64,000 nucleotides of DNA from Vicugna vicugna. Its lineage: Eukaryota. The notes under the pieces were generated by a model, which was given only the letters and a program-made list of their open reading frames with translations, was not told the DNA's origin and searched no databases. Shown here in pieces: positions 39,105 to 50,995 of the stretch; within the stretch, counting starts at the first letter, position 1; every line of letters begins with the position of its first letter. The translations under genes and the position numbers were made by a program. The stretch covers positions 124,001-188,000 of the forward strand of contig MU057615.1 of the NCBI GenBank assembly GCA_013265495.1, in the 5' to 3' direction.

Positions 39105-39549
39105 AACTCACCTAATTTTAATTTCTTTTTCATAGTGAAAACAATTTAAGATCCAGCTTCTTACCAACTTTGAACTTTGTTAACACAGTATTGTTGACTG
39201 TGATCACTATGCTATGCACTTGGTCTTCAGAACTCATTTATCTTCTAGTTGCAAGCTTTTTGCCTTTTGACCACCGTCTCCTCCATTCCCCTGCCCTGTA
39301 GCCAGGGGGAACCACCATTCCACTCTTTCTATGCAGAGATGTTTTTTCAGATTCCATGTATAAGTGAGATCTTTCAGTCTTTGTCTTCCTCTGTCTCACT
39401 TACTTAGCATAAGGCCCTCAAAGTTCATCCACGTTGTCACAGATAAGAAGATTTCCTTCTTTCTCATGACTGAATAATATATATATATATATTTATTTAT
39501 TTATACATTCATAAGTATATATGTGTGCCTGTACATGTCTATGTGTATA

Positions 39550-40070
39550 TGTTACCGAGTCCAAACTCTTTCTGGTTGCCGCACGACAGGCCAATAAATT
39601 GGGAGATGAGGTGTTAGGGCAAGGAGTAGTGACTTTACTCAGAAAGCCCACAGACTGAGAAGTTGGTAGCTTAATGTCTTGGAGAATCATTTTACTTAAG
39701 TCAGAATTCAGGCTCCTTTTATTCTAAAAAGGGGAGGGAGTGTGGTGGTTGTTGCAAATATCTTGGTGTAGGAATCCTTTGTTCTTGCAGCTGCCCATGT
39801 GGGTCAGACCATGGTGTCCCTGTAAAGTCTCCAACAAAACAAATGTTACTTTCTATTCTGCAACTTGTTGTCTTTATAGGAGTGCAAAAGTGTTAATATC
39901 CTTAAAGGTCAGAGCCTTGAGAACAGGCTCCCCTGTCTATTTTAGGCTAAAGGCAACATTGTTTTACAAAAGGTGCAGAACCAGCAAGACTGAGCCTAGA
40001 AAACAGGGCACAGGGTTAAAGCCAAAGGAGCAGGTCTAATATGGAGTCAGATTTGTTCTTTTCTGGTATA
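39550..40070 (-). mobile_element. Solo ERV1 LTR, family A, copy 2
   Basis: tgttaccgagtccaaactc start, TSD tata/tata. Inserted in a TA-rich microsatellite. Confidence 0.9.
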
Positions 40071-40129
40071 TATAGATATAGATATAGATATAGATATAGA
40101 TAGATATAGATATACACACACACACACAC
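40067..40129. repeat. (GATATA)n-(CA)n compound microsatellite
   Basis: Directly visible in the sequence. Confidence 0.9.
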
Positions 40130-40378
40130 TTTTTTTTTCTTTTTTCTTCATCTATTTATCCCTTGACCCAAAGGAAATGTAAACAGGTCACAGAAGAGGT
40201 ATCTGCACTCTCATGTTTATTACAGCATTCACAATAGCCAAGACACACACACACACACACACACACTTTTTTTTCTTTTTTCTTCATCTATTTATCCCTT
40301 GACCCAAAGGAAATGTAAACAGGTCACAGAAGAGGTATCTGCACTCTCATGTTTATTACAGCATTCACAATAGCCAAG
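40114..40378. repeat. ~130-bp tandem duplication (2 copies)
   Basis: (ac)n-Tn-cttcatctatttatcccttgacccaaagg...cacaatagccaag occurs at 40114-40242 and 40243-40378. Confidence 0.95.
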
Positions 40379-41101
40379 GTATGGACACCATCTAAACATC
40401 CAGCAAAGTATGACACCTTAAACTGTGATTGCACCATCCACCTCTCTCTCCATCTCCTGCGTCACTGTGTCCACAGCCTGAGAGCCAGTGCCTTTATAGC
40501 TGCAGGCTCTGAGCGAACCCCTGGCAGCACTGAAGACAATTTTCTGGAGGCTCAGCTGTCTTTGGAGGCCACATGCCCCCTGCTGGCCATCTCCCATGCG
40601 CCCAAGGAGGCTGGGGCTGTCCGGGGCTGGCGCCCAGCCAGGTGGATACCTATTTTCTTTCCCTTAGCATTCTTGAACATCTCATCCCTTAGAAGGTTTT
40701 AGCTTTCTGACACCTTCCGCTTCCCTCCCAACTGCCTGGTGCAGCCTTGGTGCATCTTCCTGCCCCCCCAAGGCTCCTTCCTTCTCCATCCCAAGATGTC
40801 CTTGAATATTGTGATTGCAGCAGACAGCTTTCTGCAAAGCCTTGTTTCTCTGATTTATTATAGTCTGTCATTAACTTTCCCATCTCCTGGTGTTCCAGAG
40901 CCGTGGGAATATGCCCACTGTCTTCAAGTCCTCAGCCCCTCAAGTCCTATGATAAGAGAGAAGTTCAGAGAAGCAAGTCTCTTCCCCTGGGACAGGTTGG
41001 GAGCCACGCATTCATTCCTCCCGCCAATTTCCATGACACTGAGGCATCAAATGGCACACAATAACCGCTGTGAAGATCTTCATTGTGAGCGAGGGAAGCA
41101 T

Positions 41102-41561
41102 TGCTACCCAAGGCAGGTTCCTGCACGGAACACATCATGAGGCCAAACAAACCAAAATGGCAATTTGGAGCAGAGAAAGGTTTATTGCAGGGCTGAGCAA
41201 GGAGGATGAGGTGGCTCATGCGCAATAAAACCCTGAACTCCCCCTCCCCAAAGGTTTCAGCAAAGCATATTTAAAGGCCGAGTGAGGTTGGGGGGGTCAC
41301 AGGGTGCATGATCAGCTCATGTAAATTCTCTGACTGGTTGATGTTGGGGTAACAGAGGAGTCAACCCTATCACCCCTAAGTGCCAGGTCTGGGGGCCACG
41401 TGCTCTTTATCATCAAGTAGTTAATTTCTTCCATTTGATGGTGGTTTTTAGCATCTGACAAACTCAAGAAATATACGTGGGTCCTTCAGAGAGGAGCTGC
41501 AACAGAGGACAGGGGGAGGGTTCTGATGCTGGAAGGTCCCCCAGGGTCCTGCTTAGTTACA
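41102..41561 (-). mobile_element. Solo ERV1 LTR
   Basis: tgctaccc...cagggtcctgcttagttaca, with ggtttattg near the left end. Same family as 38636. Confidence 0.8.
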
Positions 41562-42164
41562 AAAACACTCTCATAGGCAGCCCTGGAGAGAGATTTTAGG
41601 GATGGCAACTGTTAAAAACTACAGTACTTCATGATGTGGGGGAAAACTAGGGAATATGACAAGGTTTTTGTATCAAAGAAATATAAAACTTGGTAAAAAA
41701 AAACTAAGAGAGTGGAGGACATTTCTTTAAGAAATAGAACATGAAGGGATAGTAAATATAAGTAAGGAAATAGAATATTTATTTTTAAAAAGCCCAGATT
41801 CCAGGCTAATAGAAATTTTGGGAAGAGTTCATAGAGTGTACGGAGGTGAGGAAATTATAAAATAACTAACTTAAAAATTTCCCAGAGTTGTTAATTAGAG
41901 TCTTTATATGGGAAAGGATGATCAAAAGTCAAGTACAGTGACTAGAAGAATAGAGATTTTTCACTTTAACACCTGTCTGTAAAATTTTAGAACTCCAGGG
42001 ATAAAGGTCAGCTGTGAACAGAAAAAAATGAGGGTGGGTTCCGAGTCTCATCAGTGACACTGGCTGCCCTAACACAAGGGAGATCTGGGAGAATGTGTTC
42101 AAACTTTTAGGGGAAAGTAATTACGTGTCTTACTTTCCATACGGAGCACTCCTATATGTGATGT

Positions 42165-42990
42165 GTTGTACCACTGTGCTGGGGCTGCCAGAACAAAGTA
42201 GCACAGAGTGCATGGCTGACACAAGGCAGAAATTCGTTGTCTCCCAGTTCCAGAGCCAGGAAGTCTGAGATCAGGGTGCTGCCAGGGCTGAGTCCTCCTG
42301 AGACCCCGCTCCTTGACTTGCAGATGGCCGCGTTCTTGTTAACTGAAAATCGGCCTCTGTAGCCTGGAAGACGAATTCAAACACAGAGGCAGAGTTCTTG
42401 GGAGCAAAATCAAAAAGCAGCTTTATTGCTTTGTCAGGCAAGGAGCGTTACAGCAAGTGAGTACCTTAGACACTGAGCTCCCCTGGGAGAGGCAGTCAGG
42501 GAGTTTTATAGGAAAAGTCTGAAGACCAAGGCTTCTGATAAGTGCAGGAAGCTGCATTCCTTTACTTCAGATGTTCTCATAAATCACTGGACTGGCATTC
42601 TTGTAATTTCAGTGATGGAGTCTTCTGCTCCAAGAGTTTATGAGCTGGACCCGCCAATATCTTGGTGTCTGGAACAAAAGGTGCTCGACAAAGGTGATTG
42701 CTCTAAGGATGAAAAAAATACACAGTTTTAAATCAAGCTGTACTGTACTTTAGCCTGAGGGAAACCCTTCTGTCTGTTAGATTTTTTTCCATTCTCACTG
42801 CACAGTACAACCTTCTCTCCAAGCACACACTCATGACATCTCTCCCTCTTCTTATAAGGCCACAGCCTTACCGGATCAGGGCCCCACCCTATGACCTCAC
42901 TTACTTTAATTTTACCTCTTTAAAGGCCCTATCTCCCAACGCAGTAACCTTGGGGGTTAAATGAGTTTTGAAGGCATATTAGTCCCTAAC
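42165..42990 (-). mobile_element. MaLR LTR (MLT1A-like), split by an ERV1 LTR
   Basis: gggctgccagaacaaagtagcacag...gaagtctgagatcagggtg...gacttgcagatggcc, resuming at ctcttcttataaggccac...tagtccctaaca. Confidence 0.85.
42337..42810 (-). mobile_element. Solo ERV1 LTR nested in MLT1A
   Basis: tgttaactgaaaatc...cagctttattgctttgtcaggcaa; similar to the LTR at 1517. The right end is approximate. Confidence 0.75.
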
Positions 42991-45900
42991 ATGTGTGATG
43001 AATATAAAGCAAAGACATTTATATATGTAAAGAACTTAGACAGTTTGCATCCTTCAAGAAAAAAAAATGGTAAAATAAACCAAATGTCAAGAAAGATACT
43101 AGATCCAGGAAACAAGGAGCCCAACGTGGGTGATGAGGGTTCCAGGGCTGCACTGTGTGGGTTGCAGAGTCTGAACAGACTGAGGTGGTGGAGGGTCAGG
43201 AGCAAGGGCGCAGGGACAAAGGAAGTGTGCACTGAATGACATGCATGGGTCAACAGCACGTGGTTAAAAGAAAAAATAATCATGACAAAACCGCAAGATG
43301 CATAAATATGAAAGGCACAGTGATACTCTACCTATCTCTGTGGCTTAAAAAATGTACCTATTGCATTAATCATAATAATGATGATTTTAATTTTCAACAT
43401 CTAAAATCAACATGCAAACATTCATTGTGTTTATAGGTGAAATTAGGAGCTGAGCGATGGGAGGAAAGGGTGGGGAGGGCAGCTTACTGTGTGATGCTGT
43501 GAGTCAAGACTGATCTCTGGAGGAAGGAAACAGTTGGAAGCAGATGATTTAAAGTTGCAAAAGGAACCAATATGGGAGCCAGTCTTAGAGCCATATTTAG
43601 AGAGTTGATTTTCGTATACTGGAGTCTAAAATTGGAAAATCAATACTTGTTTCAGTGGCAAAGCATTATCTAGAGAGCTGAAATTAAATGTCAGAGTGAG
43701 AAAGAGTTGAAAGAACTAACCTCCCCCGCTGACACTTGCCTCTGCTCTGGGTAGAGGGATTTGGGTTGATGACATAGATGGGCAGATAGTGTTGCTTCCC
43801 ATCACGTACTTTTCTGATTTTATTCTATTTTTTCATATATATATATGCACATACACACATTCATATATATATATATGTACATATGTATGTATTAGTTAAA
43901 TAGGTCTTTCAAATGCATGTAATTAAATATACTTGATGTTTATCATATTGACATTTTAGTTGACAGAGAAGAGGAGAAACAACCTGTTCCTTTCCTTTCC
44001 TCTTTATATAAACCTTCCTTTGTGTATATTTCTATCTGTAGGGAGCAGCTTAATTTGTGAAATTAGTGAAATGTTTATTTCACTTCAACAAGGAATGTTA
44101 CTAAATTGCCGCATTTATATCTACATTAAAAAAAGCCCCCATTCTATGAGCTACTACTACCTTTTATGGTCCACTTTTTTCATTCTCTAACTTTATGTAT
44201 CTAGAGTTGACACCAATAATATCCTTTATTCCCTATCTTTTCCCTGTAAATCACTAGATCCCACCTCTACTGTGTCTTATCCTCAAATCCTTTGCTCTTG
44301 ATTGTTGCTTTTGCCTTCCTTTTCAACAGATCCCTGAGCAAAGAGTCCAACTTGCCTTTCGAGTCCAAGTATGTAACACTTCAGAGCTCAGTTTTGAGAC
44401 CACATAGTCAGCTAGCCATTCTCCCTCAAATTCTTTTCTTTTCACATTCCTGCATTAGAGGGCAGTGATCAAAGTGCTTTAATTGTGCCTCTTCCCTAGG
44501 CTGTGACAAAAGAATTTGTGTCTTTCAAGAGAAGGAATATAGACTGGGTACCTGTGAGAGAGCTGAACGTCTCAGAGTTTAAAGGGACCCTCCCATTAGC
44601 TGTCATCTGTTTTCTCTTTTGTGATCAAAGCTGGAGGTAATTGGTGGAATCTTTTACCCAGTGATGCTGGTACCTTTAACCAGAGCCATCTCCATAATGT
44701 TTGCTTGTAAAAGCACTCTTATCAAAGCAAAGGATGCAGTGGGGTGTATTGATCCATAATGGGTCTCAGAGTTTCTTTCCCAGATCTCCACGTCTCTTAT
44801 TAAATGAATGATTTCTTTATAAGACCTAGTTCTGCCTTGTCAGGGAGGTGACAGCTTAACCCCTTCACCCCACTGCCCCATCATCTACACTTAATTCCCA
44901 CTGGAGTAGTGAGGAAGTTTACACATTTCACTCACATTTTTAATTATTTGAGGTTAGGGGAATGCCCTTACCTGATTTAAGCACTGCCTTCAACAATCTG
45001 AGAATTTTCTAAGGATGCATATGCAGAACCAAAAGACAATTAAATGCCTTACCAAGAAATCAATTTAATAAACTTTCTTTTAAAAATCAACAAACATTTT
45101 TGAGAAAATAGAGTCCACTAAACTCTGTCTTTTCTCCCTTCACTATGCCTAGTGGTACCTTCTACACAGAAGAAACAGATTTCCTCCATTGATTACTGTA
45201 TCGGTTTGGCACAAGTGAGAACCACTAATTTTGAATCAACTGGGCTCTCATGTCCATCATAGCTAAAGACACCCACCAAGTGAATTCATCTTTAGAAGTG
45301 GGATCATCAGAGCCGATTTTTGGCAAAGCCAGGGGCCACCAGACGTGGCACAGAAGGCCAGGGGTGCACCAGTGGTGTTGCCCAGATTGACAGAGACCAT
45401 AAACTTCCCTGAAGGAGCATCATTGTACAGCTGGGACTTACAGCAGAGAAATAGAGGTGACTTAAAATCAACACTGAAGTGCAGTGTCATAGCCAGAATT
45501 TTGTCTTCTGGAGTTTAGTGATATGTTGACCTCAACTCCAGTGGTCAAGCGTCTGTAAACTGTATTGGGTCCCAAGAAAATTAACCTCAAATGTGTGGTG
45601 CTGTTTTGCTTGAGTCAGCAGAACCTGATGCCTGTGACTGTTCAGTCAAGGACAGAAACGATGCTCTGACTGCTACGTGGCTATGTCCCTACATTTAGAG
45701 GTTTGAACTTGTCAGACAGTTTTTCAAACAAGCAAATGGAGCCTGTTATTAGCTGTTTCAGGGGCAGATGGGAACATCTGATGCGCAGATGGAAACCAAA
45801 ATATTTAAAGCATTCATTTTCTTTCCTTCTATCTGGGGGAATCATTTTTGTTTTAAATTTATAAGCCCAAAATTCTATGCCCAGAATTCATTTCTGCCAA

Positions 45901-46468
45901 GTCAGTGGTGTTCCGTCATGATTCCTCAAACAGATATTTGTAAATGTTTCTCTAGTTTGGGCCAGGCGACTTGCTGAGACAGCGGGCATGGACCCCGTGT
46001 TGAACAGATAAACACTGAACAGACCACTGCTCCATAAGTCACAGTGGTAACACGTGCTCAAAGAGAGCAGCATGGAATTCTGGAGAACCCATGCCCTGAT
46101 CTTCTGAATGGTCAGGCAGGGTCTCTTGTGGGGATCAGGTTTGCGCTGACAGCAGGGAGGTGACCATGACACTGTTGGACAAGGAAGAGGCACAGGGGCA
46201 GGGGAAGTATTTTATCTGGAGGCAACAGCAGAGGGAGGATATAAAGGTGTGCAGAAACATAGGCACAGGTACCTCTGGAGAAACCAAGGAAGGCCAACAA
46301 GCTAAAGATCTGAGGCCTGAGAAATAGCAGGAGAAACAGGTCAGGGATGATCAAGGTGCCCAGGGTTCAGGGACCACCCGGGAGTCTGGGCTTCATACTT
46401 GAGCAAAAGTGTTGGAGGCTTTGGGCAGGGGTGTTATGGGAATGAATATGCATTTTAAAGGGACCATT

Positions 46469-46647
46469 CTGGAGGCTGGAGGAAGGACTTCAAGATGGCA
46501 GAACAGCAGGACAAGGCACAAAGACAGCAAAAATACATCTACACGTGGGGGAGTTCTCACAGGACACCGACTGAGCTCTGGCAGAAGAGCTTTTACAAGT
46601 GGAGCTGCAAGAAAAATCTCTACATACCTGGGAAGGAGGAAAAAAAG
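46469..46647 (+). mobile_element. Insertion consisting only of the first ~180 nt of an L1 5' UTR
   Basis: ggacttcaagatggcag...aaaaatacatctacacgtgg...ctggcagaaga...tacctggg, ending in an A-rich tract. Perfect 12-bp TSD aaagggaccatt (46457-46468, 46648-46659) at a tttt/aa site. Confidence 0.8.
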
Positions 46648-49071
46648 AAAGGGACCATTTGGGCCCAGATTGGGAGACAAGATGTCAGAGAACAGGAGTG
46701 ACTACTTTTATTCTAGGTACATGCCCTTTGTCAAGTGTGTGCCTTGCAGATGTGTGCTCCTGCTCTGCGGCTGTCTTTCGAAGACAGATAGCTTCAATTT
46801 TGATGAAGTCCAATTTCTTTCTTTCTATTTTTCTTTCATGGATTATGCTTTTGATATCCAACTCATCACCAAATCTAAGGTAATGAAGGTTTTCTCCTAG
46901 AAGTTTTGAGGTTTAAGTTTTACACTTAGGCCAGCAACCCATTTTGAGGTAATAATTTTACGTAGTGTGAGGTATGGGTTAGAATTATTTTTTTTCCATA
47001 GAGGTATCTAATCTTTGTACATCATTTGTTGAAAAGATTACCCTCTGTGTTATCTTCCTGCCTTTGTCAAAAATCAATTATCCGTGTGTGTGTTGGTCTA
47101 TATCTGGACTCTGTCTTATTCCTTTGATCGGTTTGTCTTTATCACACTGTCTGGATTACTGTATCTTTAAACTGAACCTTGAAATCAGATCTTTAGTCTT
47201 GTACTTTTGTTCTTCTCTTTCAAAGTTAATGCTGGCGACTGTAGGTGCTTTGCATCCCCATATGAACTTTAGAAATAGTTGTCAACTTCTTAAAAAAAAA
47301 ATCCTCCTGCATTTTTATTAGAATGCATCAAGTCAGTTTGCATCAAAAGTATCAGTTGAGAGAATTAACAGCTTAGTGCTGAGTCTTCTGAGGTGTAAAC
47401 ACAGTATATTTTTTCATGTATGAAGTCTTCTTTCATTTCTCCCAACAATGCTTTGTAGATTTCAGTTTACATGTATTTAACATCCTTTGTCAAATTTACA
47501 CTCATTCAGTTTTTGACCGTGTTATAAATAGTATTGTTTTAAATTTGAATTTCCAGTGATTGTTGCCAGCATACAAAAACACAATTTATTTTTGTGCATT
47601 GATCTTGTTTCCTGCAACCTTGACAGTCTGTTTCATATCTTGCATAGATAATGATGCCATCTGCAAATAACTGTGCTCTTACTTCTTGCTCTATCCATGC
47701 CTTCCGTTTCTTTACTTCTTTGGGTTATTGCACTGACAAGAATCGCCAGTGAATAGTGTAAGAGTGATGCTGAGAGCAGAGAGCCTTGGATCGTTCATCA
47801 CCTTAGGGGGAAAGCATTCAGTCTTTCATAATTAAGTATGACGTTAGTTCAGGAATCTTTAGACACCATTTAACATATTAAGAAATTTCTCTTTGTTTCT
47901 AGTTTACTGAGAAGTTTTTTAAAATCAGGAATAAGTGGATTCTGACAAATTCAGATTTTCTGAATCTATTGATGTGATTTTCTTTTAGTTTGTTAACATG
48001 GTGAACTACATTAACTGACTTTGGTTGTTAAACCAGCTTTACATTCTGGATTAAACACTTGGTCATGCTGCATTTTGTATTGGATTCAATATGCCAAATA
48101 TGCTTCAAATTTTGTGTCTCTTTCCAAAAGGAATACTGCTGCATAATTTTCTTTTCTTATATTGTCTTTGTCTGGTTCTGGTATCAGGGTAATCCTTGCC
48201 TCGTATAATGAATTGGGAAGTACTCTTTCCTTTGCAGTTTTCTGGAAGGTGTGCATATAATTGGTGTAACGCCAATTCTAAAGATTTGGTTTTATTTTCC
48301 ACTTACATACTGAGTAAATTCAGCAGTGAAGACATCTGGGCTTGGAGGGTTTTTTTTTTTTAATGGGAGAGATTTTACCTGAAAAGTTGATTTTAAAATA
48401 GTTGTAGGAATATTCAGATGGTCTAGTTCTTCTTCATTGAAATTTGTCATTTTTTGTCTCTTAAGGAATTTAGCTGTTTCATCTCAGATGTTGGTATGTT
48501 GATAGAAAGTTGTAATCTTCCCTTATTTTCCTTTTAACATAAATGTAATCTGTGATGATGTCACCTCTCTCACTTTCTGTTTTCGAATTTCTAAGTCATT
48601 TTATTAATCCAGCCGTACAAAAGACTTTCCCCACAACCACACCTCTGCCACCCCTACTTTCTTCCACACAGCAGTGGAGTGAGATGGAGAAGGATTGAGG
48701 GCAAAAACAGCAACAGATAAGAGGGGCAAACAGAACCACAAACACAACACAAAGGCAAGCAGTGAGGGGTTGCCATCTTCGCTGTTCCGTGTTGTGGGGG
48801 ACACTGGAGGAGAGAAGCCCAGAGGCTGCTCCCTTCTTTCTCACAGCCCCAGGGGGGCAGGCAGAAGAGTTCTGCAGTATACTTGGCTTCTCTTCACACA
48901 CTAGTGTCCTGGGAAAAGTGGGGGCAAGGGTCCATCAGCTCCTCTCAGGGCCACACCCTGAGCCTGCCTTCCATACCCAAGTGAGGAATGTGTGCGTGAA
49001 CTCTGAGGAGGAGAGCAGCTGTGAGGGGCTGCTGATCAGGCCCATCTCTGGCAGGCAGCACTTTTAAAAAA

Positions 49072-49494
49072 AAGTAAGGAAAAACAGAGAAAGAAAAATA
49101 CTATATGAGATCACTGATATGTGGAACCTAAAAAAAAAAAAAAAGAAAGAAAAAGAAAAAGACAAGTAACCATAAATACAAAACAAAAAGACTCACAGAC
49201 ATAGAATACAAACTTGTGGTTGCCAAGGGGGTGGGGGGTGGGAAGGGACAGACTGGGAGTTCGAGATTTGTAGCTGCTGACAGGCATATGCAGAATAGAT
49301 AAACAAGGTTATACTGTATAGCACAGGGAAATGTATACAAGATCTTGTGGTGGCTCACAGCGGAAAAAAAAAGTGACAATGAATATATGTATGTTAGTGT
49401 ATAACTGAAAAATTGTGCTCTACGCTGGAATTTGACACAACATTGTAAACTGACTATAACTCAATAAAATAAAACAAACAAACAAACAAAACCC
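49072..49494 (+). mobile_element. Young L1 3' end inserted in the PYGO2 retrocopy 3' UTR
   Basis: Same 3' UTR as 2850-3210, with an (aaac)n tail. Inserted at a ttttaaaa site. Confidence 0.93.
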
Positions 49495-50720
49495 AAAAAG
49501 CAAAAAGACAAAAAGCAAAGCCCCGTACAGGGCCCTGGCTGAGAGGAGTGAGAGCTGCAGATCACCGGCCCGAGGAGGCAGAGGCAATAGCAGGGAAAGA
49601 GAAGCGAGCAGCAGCCTGCTCTGGACGGCACCTCAGCGCCCGGCAGTGGGGCCCGCCCCTCCCCCACCCAGCCTGTAACAGGGGTCCTTCATCAGGAGGG
49701 AAAGTGAGGTATGAGGGCTCTGCGCCGTTTCAAGCTTTCCTCCGATCATGCCAGGGAGGCAGGGGAATGAGGGTGCCCAAAGTTGAAGACCAGTGCTGGG
49801 AATAATGTGCAGCAGGTGGGCGAGGGGATGGGGAGGGGCTGGGAGGAGTCCAGGCTTCCAGGGCACTCCAAATGTCAGATATTCTGGTCAGACCATGTGC
49901 CCCAATTTCTGGCAAAATATATGGTCATTAGGAAAAAAGCACAAGAGAGGCTGAGAAAGGACCAGTGACTTTGGCACGAGGGAGACATGTCCTGACAGCA
50001 TCTCTTATGTACTGTCTTGAAGCCCCAAGTCACCCAGAAAGTGCCGTAGCCACGTACTCTCCTGCTCCTTCAAGCTGTTTGGTTCTCTGAGGCGGGGGAG
50101 TCGGGTAGGTCTCGGAGGGGGCAAGGGGAGGGAGAAAAGGGGAAAATCTCCATTTATTCCCTAAAGCTGTCTCCCAGCACCCACGAAAGGGCTGCTGCAG
50201 GGACGGGAAGAGAACCCAAATCCTCTGGCCAGAAACTTTTAACACTGGATCCAAAACCTGAGGCTGGAGCTGTGGGGCTAGACGGGAGTGTTAGGCACAG
50301 GTGCTGGGCATCCATCGTATGCAGAGGGGACACCCCTGCCCTTCAGATCTTCCTTCAGTCTCTTCTCTTCAGCCACACACCCTAGGCCTCCAGGAGAGCC
50401 AGCAAAAATGCTATGCTGGGCAGGGCTTTGGTTTTCCGGACCTCTGTAGATCTCACCACATTAAGTTTCCAGAAAAGTGAGCAATCTAGGCTCTTCTGCC
50501 TGCCCACCTCGGTTCCTTTTCTGCCGCCAGGAGCCATTGTGTTTCTGCCCATGGGGATGGGAAGCCAGTGGAAACAAGGACCAAGAGCCAGACAGGAAAA
50601 CAGTCACCCTGGAAGAGCAGGGAGGGACACATGCACTTCCCTGGGCGCCTTGCCGGCACCACCCGTCGTGAGCTGCCCCGTGCCCTTCCGAATGTAGACA
50701 GACTGGATCTACTTGGTCTT

Positions 50721-50995
50721 TTTTTTTTTTTGAAAAAATTTTTTTTAGTTTTTTTTTAACATTTTTTATTGATTTATAATCATTTTACAATGTTGTGTCA
50801 AATTCCAGTGTAGGCCACAATTTTTCAGTTATACATGAACATATATATACTCATTGTCACATTGTTTTGTTTAGCTACCATAAGATCTTGTATATATTTC
50901 CCTGTGCTACACAGTATAATTTTGTTTATCTATTCTACAATTTTGAAATCCCATCTATCCCTTCCCACCCTTCGCCCCCTTGGCAACCAGAAGTA
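50721..50995 (-). mobile_element. Young L1 3' end inserted near the end of the PYGO2 PHD-coding remnant
   Basis: T-tail then antisense 3' UTR. TSD ggatctacttggtctt (50705-50720) / ggatctgcttggctt (50996-51010). Confidence 0.93.

Larger units (their letters stand above)
38525..40413 (-). mobile_element. L1 3' end (L1MA9-like) with 5' inversion, interrupted by two LTRs and microsatellites
   Basis: Antisense 3' UTR pieces at 38525-38635, 39105-39549 and 40114-40166, then sense ORF2-end sequence (cccaaaggaaatg...cacaatagccaaggtatgg). Confidence 0.85.

Noticed and set aside
32840..40070. Two same-orientation family A LTRs ~6.2 kb apart as one provirus
   Set aside because: Each has its own distinct TSD. 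There is no PBS, PPT or gag/pol between them, only host DNA and other repeats.
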